A DNA stretch of 64,000 nucleotides from a virus, in the IMG/VR virus record IMGVR_UViG_3300028802_000009, positions 1 to 64,000 of that record, one strand, 5' to 3'. Positions 18,724-27,585 of the stretch are shown piece after piece; the first letter of the stretch is position 1; each line of letters starts with the position of its first letter. The notes below the pieces were generated by a model. The model was not told the origin of the DNA and did no database searches. It saw only the letters and a list, made by a program, of their open reading frames with translations. A program made the translations under genes and the position numbers.

Positions 18724-19602
18724 TTACACCAAAAGCTTCCAGACCGCGTCGCGCCACCAGCTGGCAACGCGCTTTAGCCACTGACGCGGAGTTGCGAGCG
18801 GCGCCTCTGGCTGCGGCTCCTCTGGCGGCGGCGCTGGCGGTCTCGCCTCCTCCACAAGGGCACGCATTTTGATGGGGTCTCCGGTCGCCCGATGATATCG
18901 GCTCGCCAGGTGTCCGTTCATACCGGGACGCTCCTGCCCCTCCCACATCTTGTTGGACGCATTAAACCCGATGCTCGGGTGCCACAGATGCAAGACTTCG
19001 GCATTCAAGGTCTTGTGCTTGCCGTACAACGTGTCGACAGCTCGCACGAAGGCCACGTCCTCACCACCCCAACCTTCGAATCTACGGTCCATGCCGCCAA
19101 CGCTCTCAAAAGCCTCTCGGGGCATAATTTGCACCATCGCCCCGAAATGGTGACCATACGTGGCAGTGGTCATTGACTCCACGTCATCTGGTGACGGCGG
19201 TGACGGCAACCTAACCGGCCACTTCGGGTCTGAGTTCAAGATCAGCTCCGTACTCGCCTCTACGAGACGGTACAAACGACGGTACGGAATGAACCAGCGG
19301 TTTTGACCTCGACGAGCCGACTCCTCGATGGCTCGCGCAGCCCGAAGAATCGTATCGCCCCGAAGATAGGCATCAGAATCCAACAACACAAAGATGCGGC
19401 CATGTGCCTTCTTGGCAGCATCATTGAGCGCCTCAGTCTTAGAGAACGCCGCGGCCGTAGACGTGCCGATCACGACCTCCGCGTCGGGCAACTCATATTG
19501 CCAATAGGTTCGCAACCAACTCCACAGGCGAGTCCGGTGTGGCGACGACGCGCTGGCCCGAAACGGAACCAACAATGAGATTTGCGGTCTAGGATAGCTC
19601 AT
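18724..19602 (-). CDS. GT-A fold glycosyltransferase (family 2 / galactosyltransferase-like)
   Basis: ISLLVPFR, FSKTEALN, LLDSD (DxD), GGMDRRFEGWGGED, HLWH motifs. Confidence 0.9.
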   Translation of the reverse strand: MSYPRPQISLLVPFRASASSPHRTRLWSWLRTYWQYELPDAEVVIGTSTAAAFSKTEALNDAAKKAHGRIFVLLDSDAYLRGDTILRAARAIEESARRGQNRWFIPYRRLYRLVEASTELILNSDPKWPVRLPSPPSPDDVESMTTATYGHHFGAMVQIMPREAFESVGGMDRRFEGWGGEDVAFVRAVDTLYGKHKTLNAEVLHLWHPSIGFNASNKMWEGQERPGMNGHLASRYHRATGDPIKMRALVEEARPPAPPPEEPQPEAPLATPRQWLKRVASWWRDAVWKLLV

Positions 19603-20351
19603 TTGGACAACCCCGCCAGTTTGCGCCCGTACTCTTCGAACACGTCGAAAAGTTCGTGCTGACGATCTTGGACCTTGTAGCGATGCGCCTCCTGAGTCAC
19701 CCCAACCTGAAAGGGGACGCCAACGGCGGCACAGTGATCGCGGAACTTGAAGTCACCGCCCTCCTTGGCAAACCTCTCCGTCATCTCGATTCTTCGCGGG
19801 ATACCAAAGGCATCCGCCACGATGATCCCGTGAAGCGAGGAAGAAACGATCTTCCGGCACTCCCCGATCTTACGGATCACCTCAAGTGGGTCCTCCGTTG
19901 GACGAATGATCACGGGATTGTAACGCGCGAACTCAGGACGTAGCTCCAACGTCGTATCCGACCAATGCGGAACTAGCCCGAGCGCGTGCTTCTTTTCCTG
20001 CCGTGGGACAAGCTCGTCGGCAAGAAGCCCAGCGTCACCAAGAACAAACTCCTTCTTCACACCCTTGACGCACTGAGCGGTAAGCGGCCCACGCAACGCC
20101 AATACCTGCGCTCGCGACAGATCAATGCTGCTGCCCTCCTTCAATTTGCCAGAGCCAATGATCGTTCCGGACCAGCCCGGAGGAAGATGCTCAAGGACAG
20201 AACCGACGCAGACAAAACTAGCTTCGCTCACTGGAGCCCAAGCCACCTCTAGATCGGCAAAGTGTGACAGCAACAACGGTGTCAAAAGATCGCCGAAATT
20301 AGGTCTTCCCCGCCACCAATAGCCAAGAGGAGCTACGCGAGAAGAAAGCAT
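19599..20351 (-). CDS. Polysaccharide pyruvyltransferase (ExoV-like)
   Basis: NFGDLL, VGSVL, LRGPLT, GDAGLL, LVPHW, SSSLHGIIVADAFGIP, FKFRD motifs; ATGA-coupled to the glycosyltransferase. Confidence 0.88.
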   Translation of the reverse strand: MLSSRVAPLGYWWRGRPNFGDLLTPLLLSHFADLEVAWAPVSEASFVCVGSVLEHLPPGWSGTIIGSGKLKEGSSIDLSRAQVLALRGPLTAQCVKGVKKEFVLGDAGLLADELVPRQEKKHALGLVPHWSDTTLELRPEFARYNPVIIRPTEDPLEVIRKIGECRKIVSSSLHGIIVADAFGIPRRIEMTERFAKEGGDFKFRDHCAAVGVPFQVGVTQEAHRYKVQDRQHELFDVFEEYGRKLAGLSK

Positions 20352-20399
20352 ATAGCATATTCTCCGTTGAAGGCCTACCAGTGTAATTTCATAAGGAGT

Positions 20400-21599
20400 C
20401 TATAACAATCCGTCGTCCGAAAACGCTTGGTAAACTGCGGTCAAGATCAGCTTGCGGCTGCGGGCGTTGAGGTCTTTCTCGATGTTCGACCACGTGAACG
20501 ACAAGCGCAACGACGAATCAACCAACTTGGTACCGCTCATGTGCTCGCTGAGCTTGTGTGCCATTCGCACTGTCTCATCGACGATTTGCTGCATGAACGC
20601 GCGTACCTCGTGAGGGTCGTTTACGTAGTCTTTCTCATTCTTGACCTTGTAGTCCTTGTCATACTCATACTGGAGTGGCTTGCGGAACGCGGTCTCAGCG
20701 GCATGGGTCGTCTCGTGAATCAAGACAGTGTACAGACCAAAGGGAAGACAAGTCTCGGAAGTGCACTCGCTGAGTGGCGTGAAACGATCCGTGACAAACG
20801 AAGCCAGGTCCGTGTTGGACCCGTTGGTGGCGAGATATTCGTTCGGAGACATGGCCCCATTCAACTGAAGCGTCACCTGGACGAAAGCCTCTCCATTTTC
20901 AAAGTGCCGTGTCCCAGCCGTCCCCATTAGCACCGGATATGCCTTACGGGTTGCACGGGCCGAGATCACCAGCACATCGATTCTGAGCTGCTCTGTGCCA
21001 TCCACTGAATCGACGTAGAATCTCGCTTCCGCCACGGCTGTATCACGAGCACCGATCGGCTGGTCCGGATGCGGGTGACGTTCCAACCACCGCTTTACCT
21101 GAGGAACAAGCTCGTTTTGGACGACCCGTCTGATCAACGCCTTGTCTATGCGTATCGGTCGCGTCGCCATTCTGCGGTCATAGCTGTACCCCATCTTGAC
21201 CTCCTTCAGCTGGATACCAGGGCGCAAGATGATCTCCCGCTCATGTCCGAACGCCTTGCCGCCAAGAGGCATCTCATCCTGGCCGTAATGCACCAAGGCG
21301 TCCTTGGCCCCGATCTCGTACGCCTTGAACAACGCCGGGTCCAGGTTGGGCTTCCGCGGCGAGACCGATGCGCCCCCCATGTCGCCGCGTGGCTTGTACC
21401 GATACACGGTCGCACTAGCGCCGTGCTCGGCGCGAAACGCCCGCTCCACGTCTGCGTCGTAGGCTGCCTTGGCTTTAGGCGACAAGCCCTCGTACGCCTC
21501 TAGCAGAGCGTTCTTGCTGGACCTGGACGGATGGTGGACCCAGTCCATGGCCGCTGGGTACATGGCATCGATCGCTTCGCCTAGCCACACGCCCAGCAT
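20400..21599 (-). CDS. Fusion of ADP-ribosyltransferase-like domain and HExxH zincin-like domain
   Basis: N-terminal VYR..SVS..EREI (R-S-E pattern); C-terminal LIHETTHAAE...YVNDPHEVRAF; internal AAGGAGGT SD before ATG 21194. Confidence 0.6.
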   Translation of the reverse strand: MLGVWLGEAIDAMYPAAMDWVHHPSRSSKNALLEAYEGLSPKAKAAYDADVERAFRAEHGASATVYRYKPRGDMGGASVSPRKPNLDPALFKAYEIGAKDALVHYGQDEMPLGGKAFGHEREIILRPGIQLKEVKMGYSYDRRMATRPIRIDKALIRRVVQNELVPQVKRWLERHPHPDQPIGARDTAVAEARFYVDSVDGTEQLRIDVLVISARATRKAYPVLMGTAGTRHFENGEAFVQVTLQLNGAMSPNEYLATNGSNTDLASFVTDRFTPLSECTSETCLPFGLYTVLIHETTHAAETAFRKPLQYEYDKDYKVKNEKDYVNDPHEVRAFMQQIVDETVRMAHKLSEHMSGTKLVDSSLRLSFTWSNIEKDLNARSRKLILTAVYQAFSDDGLL

Positions 21600-21602
21600 A
21601 GG

Positions 21603-22520
21603 TTAGAACCCGATGAACTTCTGCGGGCTCAACACTCCGCGGCCCACGTAAGGACCGAACGCGCTTCGCAGTCCCATGCCAAACCGGGGCTGCTGCAGAC
21701 CCTTGATGATGTTGACCGTCGCCTTAGTGTTCTCTAACTGCTTATCAAACTGGTCTGACAGCGACGAGAACGCGCCCTCATACTTGCTCGACTTCTCCAG
21801 ATCGAGAGAAACCCCGCCAATTGAGTAGTTAAATTCGTCAACTATCCAATTCAATCTTAGCGCTTGGATGGCAAACATCATTGCTCCAGTTAGGAGTAAG
21901 GTGCGCCACTCAGGGCGGAACATCACCATCTGATCGACCGTCTGAAACGGAGTGCGTGGGGGAGCCGATGAAATCAAGTCAAGCGAACGTGCCAAGTACT
22001 CCTGCAACTCCACATCTTCCCAGATGTAACCAAAGACCCTACTGAACTGTTGTACCGTTTCTTCGTGTGAAGGTGGCCGAAAATGGTAGTTGCGATCTGG
22101 ATTATTATCCCTAAGCAGGATTCTCAGCCGCCCCATGAGATCGTACTCGATCGCCGTCGCATTGATCGCTCCCCCGGTGATCATGCTCGCGCTGCTCGTC
22201 GACAAGCCGGCCTTGTCGGTGACCGAGAACTCCTGCACCACCTGTTGCTGCGCACCGCCGATGATCTCGCGGAACGTCCAACGGACCCGGTATTCGCCGA
22301 GATTGGCGTCAAGCGGGACGATAATGCTCGCAAAATACTCCCCGACCGAGGGGTTAGCCGGGATACGCATGGGAATGCCGACTAGCACCTCTTGACCCGT
22401 CGTGAAGTCATACAGGGCGTACGAGATCTCCGCGGCATTCACCGGAGTGTTAGCGGCATTCACCAGATAGATGTTTAGGTCATTCCGGCCAAGCTGCTGC
22501 CCTCTGTAGAAGTTAGTCAT
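21603..22520 (-). CDS. Putative head-tail connector/neck protein with N-terminal Ig-like domain
   Basis: N-terminal GEYFA...GEYRVRWTF beta domain; helical adaptor-like C-terminus (LRILLRD...YSIGGVSLDL.KS..Y). Confidence 0.55.
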   Translation of the reverse strand: MTNFYRGQQLGRNDLNIYLVNAANTPVNAAEISYALYDFTTGQEVLVGIPMRIPANPSVGEYFASIIVPLDANLGEYRVRWTFREIIGGAQQQVVQEFSVTDKAGLSTSSASMITGGAINATAIEYDLMGRLRILLRDNNPDRNYHFRPPSHEETVQQFSRVFGYIWEDVELQEYLARSLDLISSAPPRTPFQTVDQMVMFRPEWRTLLLTGAMMFAIQALRLNWIVDEFNYSIGGVSLDLEKSSKYEGAFSSLSDQFDKQLENTKATVNIIKGLQQPRFGMGLRSAFGPYVGRGVLSPQKFIGF

Positions 22521-22540
22521 GCGTCACAGCCCCTAGTGGT

Positions 22541-22837
22541 TCAGTCCTTCGATGCGGGCTTTGGCGGCGGCTCAGACTTCTTCTTCTCCTGCTTCTTGTT
22601 GTGCTTGGCTCTAGACTCCAAGTCGGCCAACGACTTGTCCGCGTCTGTCGTGTCCTGCGGGCGAGCGACAGCGTGGGACCTTGCGTCGGCGTTGGGGTGC
22701 TCCTGCAGATACTTGTTGAGTGCTTCAGTGCTTGGAAACTTCTTAGCAAAGCGATACGCGATCGTCTCGGCTATCGACGCTTCCTTCAGAGCGCGCTCAA
22801 ACTCCTCAACAGCTGATCTCTTCGTGATGTGTCTCAT
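22541..22837 (-). CDS. Small basic protein, probable internal head protein
   Basis: 98-aa ORF; KEAS and IAYRF motifs; FPSTEALNKYLQEHPNAD mini-domain. Confidence 0.65.
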   Translation of the reverse strand: MRHITKRSAVEEFERALKEASIAETIAYRFAKKFPSTEALNKYLQEHPNADARSHAVARPQDTTDADKSLADLESRAKHNKKQEKKKSEPPPKPASKD

Positions 22838-22840
22838 GCC

Positions 22841-23653
22841 TTAATCCCATCCGTACTTGCAATTTCGAGGTAGCGTGTCGCCGGGCACCGGACACAGCAC
22901 CGAGTCGAACACGTAGAAGTAGCAGTCCTTCTCTATGGGAGCGGCACCAAAGGATATTTGATAGCTCCATCGAATCACCCATAGCCCCGGCTGGCCGCAC
23001 TCCCCTGCAGTGCCGGTTGGGTAATAACACCCGAGGCTGCTGTTGCCGGGCTTGCGTCCGGACGGCCCGACCTGCTTCGGAGCACAGCCATTCTGAATCT
23101 GGTAAAGGGTATAGCTGACGCAGACCGGCCCCACGGGATTACCGCTCTTGTCAGTCACGCACATCGTGAGCCCTCCAGGACCAAACTGCTGTCCCCAACG
23201 CAGCGTATTTGGGACCCGAGGGGTCTGGCAGATAGCGTACGGGACATGAATAACCTCCATGAACCCTGAGACGACCGACTGCCCATAGATGGGCTCCGGC
23301 TCCCAAACGAAGGCCCCGCTCGAACCAGCGGCATAGCCTTGGAACACCATGACATTCGAGAACACAGCGCTCACGTCCCCTGACCCAGTGACGGTCCCCG
23401 CGATATCCAGGATCGACTGTTCGACAACGGCCGACGAGCCGCTGGTAAGCCCGGACAGATTGAAGACCCTCACCGCGGAACCAGCAAAGCTTCCGACCCC
23501 GTGAAACGCCTGAAGTAACCACGGGTCAATCTGCGCCCTTCCGCTTGAAGAGGCAGCGCCGACCGTCTCGCCGGACAACGCCAGTGTCAACGGTAGCAAG
23601 CCTCGCACATCGGAGGTTCCATCCGCTGTCCCGCCTAGTAGAATCTCAGCCAT
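22841..23653 (-). CDS. Structural protein with Gly/Ser beta-repeat N-terminus and Cys-rich Ig-like C-terminus
   Basis: Repeating L.G...G.S pattern; C-terminal domain resembles the N-terminus of 21603..22520. Confidence 0.6.
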   Translation of the reverse strand: MAEILLGGTADGTSDVRGLLPLTLALSGETVGAASSSGRAQIDPWLLQAFHGVGSFAGSAVRVFNLSGLTSGSSAVVEQSILDIAGTVTGSGDVSAVFSNVMVFQGYAAGSSGAFVWEPEPIYGQSVVSGFMEVIHVPYAICQTPRVPNTLRWGQQFGPGGLTMCVTDKSGNPVGPVCVSYTLYQIQNGCAPKQVGPSGRKPGNSSLGCYYPTGTAGECGQPGLWVIRWSYQISFGAAPIEKDCYFYVFDSVLCPVPGDTLPRNCKYGWD

Positions 23654-23731
23654 GGTTGATCACCCCTTAAACAAAATCATCCCGGAAACGTCCGCCTCCG
23701 AGATGATTCAAGCTGTCAGCCACGCTCTGAC

Positions 23732-24001
23732 TTACTTCGGCTCAGGTGGGTCATCACCAGATTCGGGAAGCACCCCAATGGACGTAAGAGCCAACGCGTA
23801 AACCACATAGTACAACAGGTCATTTATCGGGTCAGTCTGAAAATACAGCCACACGGCGTGTGGTATGACGACAATCGCAGCTGGGAGCAGTATCGCAACG
23901 AGCTTCGGAACGCGACTCCACAGCGGCCGAGCCACATGGAGAAACCGACTCAGCAGCAGCAAGATCGACACCACTATCGCAACGACTTCAACAGTTGCCA
24001 T
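23732..24001 (-). CDS. Small membrane protein with 3 hydrophobic segments (holin-like candidate)
   Basis: VVAIVVSILLLL, LVAILLPAAIVVI, LLYYVVYALAL; charged C-terminal tail; SD AGGAG. Confidence 0.5.
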   Translation of the reverse strand: MATVEVVAIVVSILLLLSRFLHVARPLWSRVPKLVAILLPAAIVVIPHAVWLYFQTDPINDLLYYVVYALALTSIGVLPESGDDPPEPK

Positions 24002-24031
24002 CTCTATCTCTCCTTCATCTAATTAAGTCTG

Positions 24032-24415
24032 TTACGCCTCGATGCAGATCAACTGTCCCGCAGGCATCCGGACTTGATCTTGCGCATCCACCGTTCGCGG
24101 AGCACTCAAATTGCCTATGTACAGGATGTGACCGCCTGCACTAGCATCCATGAACGTGAAAGCAGCTATGGAACCCCAGAAAGTTTGAGCGACGGGGAAC
24201 AACACATCGTCGACACTCACAACTTTGCCGTCCACTGGTACCGTGAACTGAACCAGTTGCCGAAAATAGTCGCCGGCAGAGACCTCGGTGCCGGCATCAC
24301 CAACGCCAGGGGCTACTGTGTAAAGCGCCACATAGATAGCCGGAGGAGGCGTGAACGGGATGCCACGCAGGGCAGCGTTCAAGAAATTATTATCAAGATA
24401 GATCGACTTAGGCAT
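24032..24415 (-). CDS. Small tail-fibre-associated structural protein, paralogue of 25553..25954
   Basis: YVALYT.AP...GTEV...Y.R..V.F....F..A...WG.I....L..G.L...R.V...D pattern. Confidence 0.65.
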   Translation of the reverse strand: MPKSIYLDNNFLNAALRGIPFTPPPAIYVALYTVAPGVGDAGTEVSAGDYFRQLVQFTVPVDGKVVSVDDVLFPVAQTFWGSIAAFTFMDASAGGHILYIGNLSAPRTVDAQDQVRMPAGQLICIEA

Positions 24416-24417
24416 AG

Positions 24418-24831
24418 CTAGCAGCAACTCCCACTACCAGGAGGCTTGATAAAAGAAGCTGAGAGGCCAGACTCCATCGCCGGTGCTGATTGCACTACGT
24501 CGAAATCTTGAGCGGAGATCTGCTGACCAGCGGGATAAGTGAGAAGGTTCCGCCAGTAGCCGAGCGCATCGGGTCGAAACCGCACGCTGTAGAAGCCCGG
24601 ATGTCCGGGGATCTCGTTGAAGTAAATGCGGCCCGCCGAGACCTGTGCGTCAGTGACGGCGTTCCCAGATACCAAAGGCCAAGGCTGGATGGTGTTGTTG
24701 AAAAAGACCTGAGAGACCAAGACTCCCGGAACTAGCCCCGTCGCGCGCGTAAAGCCGTCGGGCGCAAAGAAGTCAACCTGGTCCAACACGACCTGGTTAG
24801 CCTGAACGATTCTACCGCGCGTGGTTGCCAT
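24418..24831 (-). CDS. Ig-like virion structural protein
   Basis: FNEIPGHPGFYSVRFRPDALGYWR beta-sandwich pattern. Confidence 0.6.
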   Translation of the reverse strand: MATTRGRIVQANQVVLDQVDFFAPDGFTRATGLVPGVLVSQVFFNNTIQPWPLVSGNAVTDAQVSAGRIYFNEIPGHPGFYSVRFRPDALGYWRNLLTYPAGQQISAQDFDVVQSAPAMESGLSASFIKPPGSGSCC

Positions 24832-24992
24832 CAGGCTCCTTGCTTGGGCGGCTCCGGCTTAGTATCCGGTCTACGTGGCCGCTCACTAGCGGAGGTGCCC
24901 CGCATCACAGCCGAGACGCTGAACTGTCGAATAACCGCGGTCCGTGTCTCAGCAGACCCGGTGATATGGGCCTCGACATTGATGATTGCCAT
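24831..24992 (-). CDS. 53-aa protein below the ORF-track cutoff
   Basis: MAIINVEAHITGSAETRTAVIRQFSVSAVMRGTSASERPRRPDTKPEPPKQGA; SD GAGG; abuts the upstream stop and has TGATG overlap downstream. Confidence 0.65.
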   Translation of the reverse strand: MAIINVEAHITGSAETRTAVIRQFSVSAVMRGTSASERPRRPDTKPEPPKQGA

Positions 24993-25454
24993 TTAGCGTT
25001 CCTCTCTGCGTCTGTTTCGATTTGCTGCTGGAGTGATGGAATAGGTCGGTGGCGGCGGGGCTTGAGGCACGACCCGAACAGTAGGGATAGTCGGCGGCTT
25101 AGCCGTCTGTGGAACTTGAGGACCACGGCTGAGATTGGTGACCGTCGTCATCGTGGGGTCGACTACGACTACCGAGTTGCCGACAAGTGTCGCAACAAGG
25201 CTCCGCACAGAAACCGCAGCTGCTGCGAATAACGCGTCTCCTGGCATCGGCGACGTTCCCTGCAATAGGAAGCCGCCGTTCGGAACGACTGTTGTGCCAC
25301 CCAACATAGCGGCCGTTGTCGAAACAACGACACTAGGCTGCGTCAAGTCAGCCTCACCAGGCATCGGAGCTGTTCCCTGCAATAGGAAGCCGCCAACTAC
25401 TGCCCATGTGGTCTCAGCCGTAAGAGTAGCTATGCCTTCATGTATTTCAGCCAT
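24993..25454 (-). CDS. Structural protein with duplicated GGFLLQGTxPMPG motif
   Basis: Exact 23-bp repeat at 25255-25277 and 25372-25394 (117-bp spacing). Confidence 0.6.
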   Translation of the reverse strand: MAEIHEGIATLTAETTWAVVGGFLLQGTAPMPGEADLTQPSVVVSTTAAMLGGTTVVPNGGFLLQGTSPMPGDALFAAAAVSVRSLVATLVGNSVVVVDPTMTTVTNLSRGPQVPQTAKPPTIPTVRVVPQAPPPPTYSITPAANRNRRREER

Positions 25455-25552
25455 CGTTACCCCCGAAAGAGTCGAGATTTGGCGCCCAGCATGCCGATAG
25501 CGAAAATCGCCTGGCCACAGGAGGCTTTAGACGATGAGAAGACCCCCGAGGT

Positions 25553-25954
25553 TTAGCTCTCCGCTACAGAGATCGCTCCGACAGCGAAGTTCAGCGAATC
25601 GCCAATCGCGACAGTCTTCGGGGCTGTAAGAGCGCCGTAATAGAGTTGGTTGCCCGTGCCACTGACGGCGCTGCAAACAGCAATGGATGTAATGTCACCC
25701 CATGCCGCGGCCGCCGCGGGGAAAGTCACAGCTGCATCATTTGATGCGGTAGCTCCGTTTGCATTCGGAACTGGAGCCCCGAACGTAACCGGCAGCCTGT
25801 CATAGTCTGCGGCATCCACCTCCAAGCCTTCGCCAGTAGCGGTCGGCGCGGTCTTGAAGAGCGCAACAAACAATGCCGCAGGCCCTGTGTAAGCAACGGC
25901 GTCCAGAACAGCATTGAGTACCAAGACAGCAAGAGTTTGTTTTTTAGCAGCCAT
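25553..25954 (-). CDS. Small tail-fibre-associated structural protein, paralogue of 24032..24415
   Basis: LFVALFKTAP...GLEV...YDR..V.F...FPAA...WGDI...LYYGAL...K.V..GD...F pattern. Confidence 0.7.
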   Translation of the reverse strand: MAAKKQTLAVLVLNAVLDAVAYTGPAALFVALFKTAPTATGEGLEVDAADYDRLPVTFGAPVPNANGATASNDAAVTFPAAAAAWGDITSIAVCSAVSGTGNQLYYGALTAPKTVAIGDSLNFAVGAISVAES

Positions 25955-26085
25955 GTTTACCCCGATAGGTTTAGAGGACCATCGAATCTGGACCTGTCCC
26001 CGACTCTTTGCGGCGACAAGACCATTACGATCAGACGATCACATCTAAGGATTATCGAGGCCGACTGCCGACTCGCCGCCACACG

Positions 26086-26388
26086 CTACTGCATGTGAAC
26101 GACGGACTTGAGCGAACGGATTGAATACGCGTATGGCTGCGCGGCAACCTTCCCCGTATTGTTTATCCACGCCTGCTTCAGCTCGTCCATGTTGCCCAAT
26201 GACGTGTCGAACACGAAGTAGGTTCGGTTGCCCTCCCTGTCGGTCCGAATCATCTCGACCCCGGCCGTCTGCAGGTACGCCGCGTAGTAGAGATCTGGAG
26301 TGCGAAACTCGCCGGGTCTTGAATTCTTCACTTCTGAGTCTCCATCTGAGCGCCCGAGGCGCTGGTTAGTGTAAGACAGCACATTCAA
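26086..26388 (-). CDS. DUF5659-like small protein
   Basis: EFRTPDLYYAAYLQTAG....DREGNRTYFVF pattern; true start uncertain. Confidence 0.6.
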   Translation of the reverse strand: MNVLSYTNQRLGRSDGDSEVKNSRPGEFRTPDLYYAAYLQTAGVEMIRTDREGNRTYFVFDTSLGNMDELKQAWINNTGKVAAQPYAYSIRSLKSVVHMQ

Positions 26389-26404
26389 TCCTAATGTTCA
26401 TGTG

Positions 26405-26426
26405 GCCGGGTCCCGAAGGACCCGGC
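26405..26426 (-). terminator. 9-bp hairpin with cUUCGg tetraloop
   Basis: GCCGGGTCC-TTCG-GGACCCGGC on the minus strand, 40 nt after the 26467 stop; no downstream U-tract. Confidence 0.55.
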
Positions 26427-26466
26427 AAAGCGTAAGCAAAAGCAAGCCAAATCTAGTGGCGAGTCA

Positions 26467-27582
26467 TCACGTCACGACAACCTGGACCGGCTTACCAATG
26501 TTCGGCCCGGTGGTCGCCACGTTTACAAGGCTCGTGTACTGAACTTGAACCTTAGAGCCGGCGACGCCGAGACCATTGAGCAATGGAGCCGGGATGACAA
26601 TTGACGTGGGGGAGATCACACCCAGCGTGGCGCCCGCTATGGGCGTCTGAATCTTCTTCTGGTGAATCTGCACCGACCGCGAACCGTCTGCTGAATAGAC
26701 GCGCACCACAGTCGCCTGATACTCGGGATCGCCGAGATTGAACCCGAGGATAGTCAGGTCCCCAGCGGTTGCAGCTGCCGACGTGATCGATGTCAAAGGT
26801 ACATCGTACGCCGTGGTGCCATTATCTTGTACAATGGAGACCGCGGCGCCTGGAGTTAGGGCCGGAACACGACTCGGATCTGGATTATAGGCCAGGCTAC
26901 GATACCCAGAGAGCATACCCACCTGGAAGCTCTTGATGAACGCGTCAGTCTCGACAAAGCGAGGGGCAATCGAGCCAATCGCAGCGTCACGCTGCGCGGG
27001 TGTCCCCCCGGAGCCGAACTGAGTCTTGACGACACCTGCCGACAAGTTTATTGGGCCTCCGATGGGCGAAGTTGCCGAGATTATCGCCGATGCCGCTGGC
27101 ACAGTGAAAGACCCGGTAAGGCCCGCAGCGGTATTGAACGTCCCCGCGGTGCTTTCGATGTAGCTACCAGTGCCCCCCACCTTGCTCTGCAACACAAGAA
27201 ACGCACCTGTCTCGTCCATGATAACGCTGGCGGCCAACGCCGATGCCCCGATAGCCGCATTCACGGCCTTCACTAGCGCGACACCCGAAGTATACACACC
27301 GGGAGGTATGGTCACGTTGGTGGTTGGGCCGGCAGACGCCGTCTTGGCGCCCAGCACGTTGTTCGTACCGTCAACGGTTAGACCAGCCGAACGATTAACA
27401 GTGCCAATAATCCCAGCCGGGAGTTGCGTCAATGCCGCCCCAACGGTCTCTGGGGTCGGGCGACCGAAACGCCGCTCCTGCCCCCGCGGCTCCGTTGGCG
27501 GGTTGTGCCGACTGACTGGTTCGAGGTCCATGACCGCTATTGGACCCTGCATGTCTCCACGAATAACTCCAACATACGCCAT
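26467..27582 (-). CDS. Virion structural protein (sheath-insert-like domain plus IPT/TIG-like C-terminus)
   Basis: Ala/Gly/Thr-rich beta protein; VTIPPG.Y.....LVKAVNAAI motif resembles repeats inside the sheath. Confidence 0.6.
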   Translation of the reverse strand: MAYVGVIRGDMQGPIAVMDLEPVSRHNPPTEPRGQERRFGRPTPETVGAALTQLPAGIIGTVNRSAGLTVDGTNNVLGAKTASAGPTTNVTIPPGVYTSGVALVKAVNAAIGASALAASVIMDETGAFLVLQSKVGGTGSYIESTAGTFNTAAGLTGSFTVPAASAIISATSPIGGPINLSAGVVKTQFGSGGTPAQRDAAIGSIAPRFVETDAFIKSFQVGMLSGYRSLAYNPDPSRVPALTPGAAVSIVQDNGTTAYDVPLTSITSAAATAGDLTILGFNLGDPEYQATVVRVYSADGSRSVQIHQKKIQTPIAGATLGVISPTSIVIPAPLLNGLGVAGSKVQVQYTSLVNVATTGPNIGKPVQVVVT

Positions 27583-27585
27583 GAC

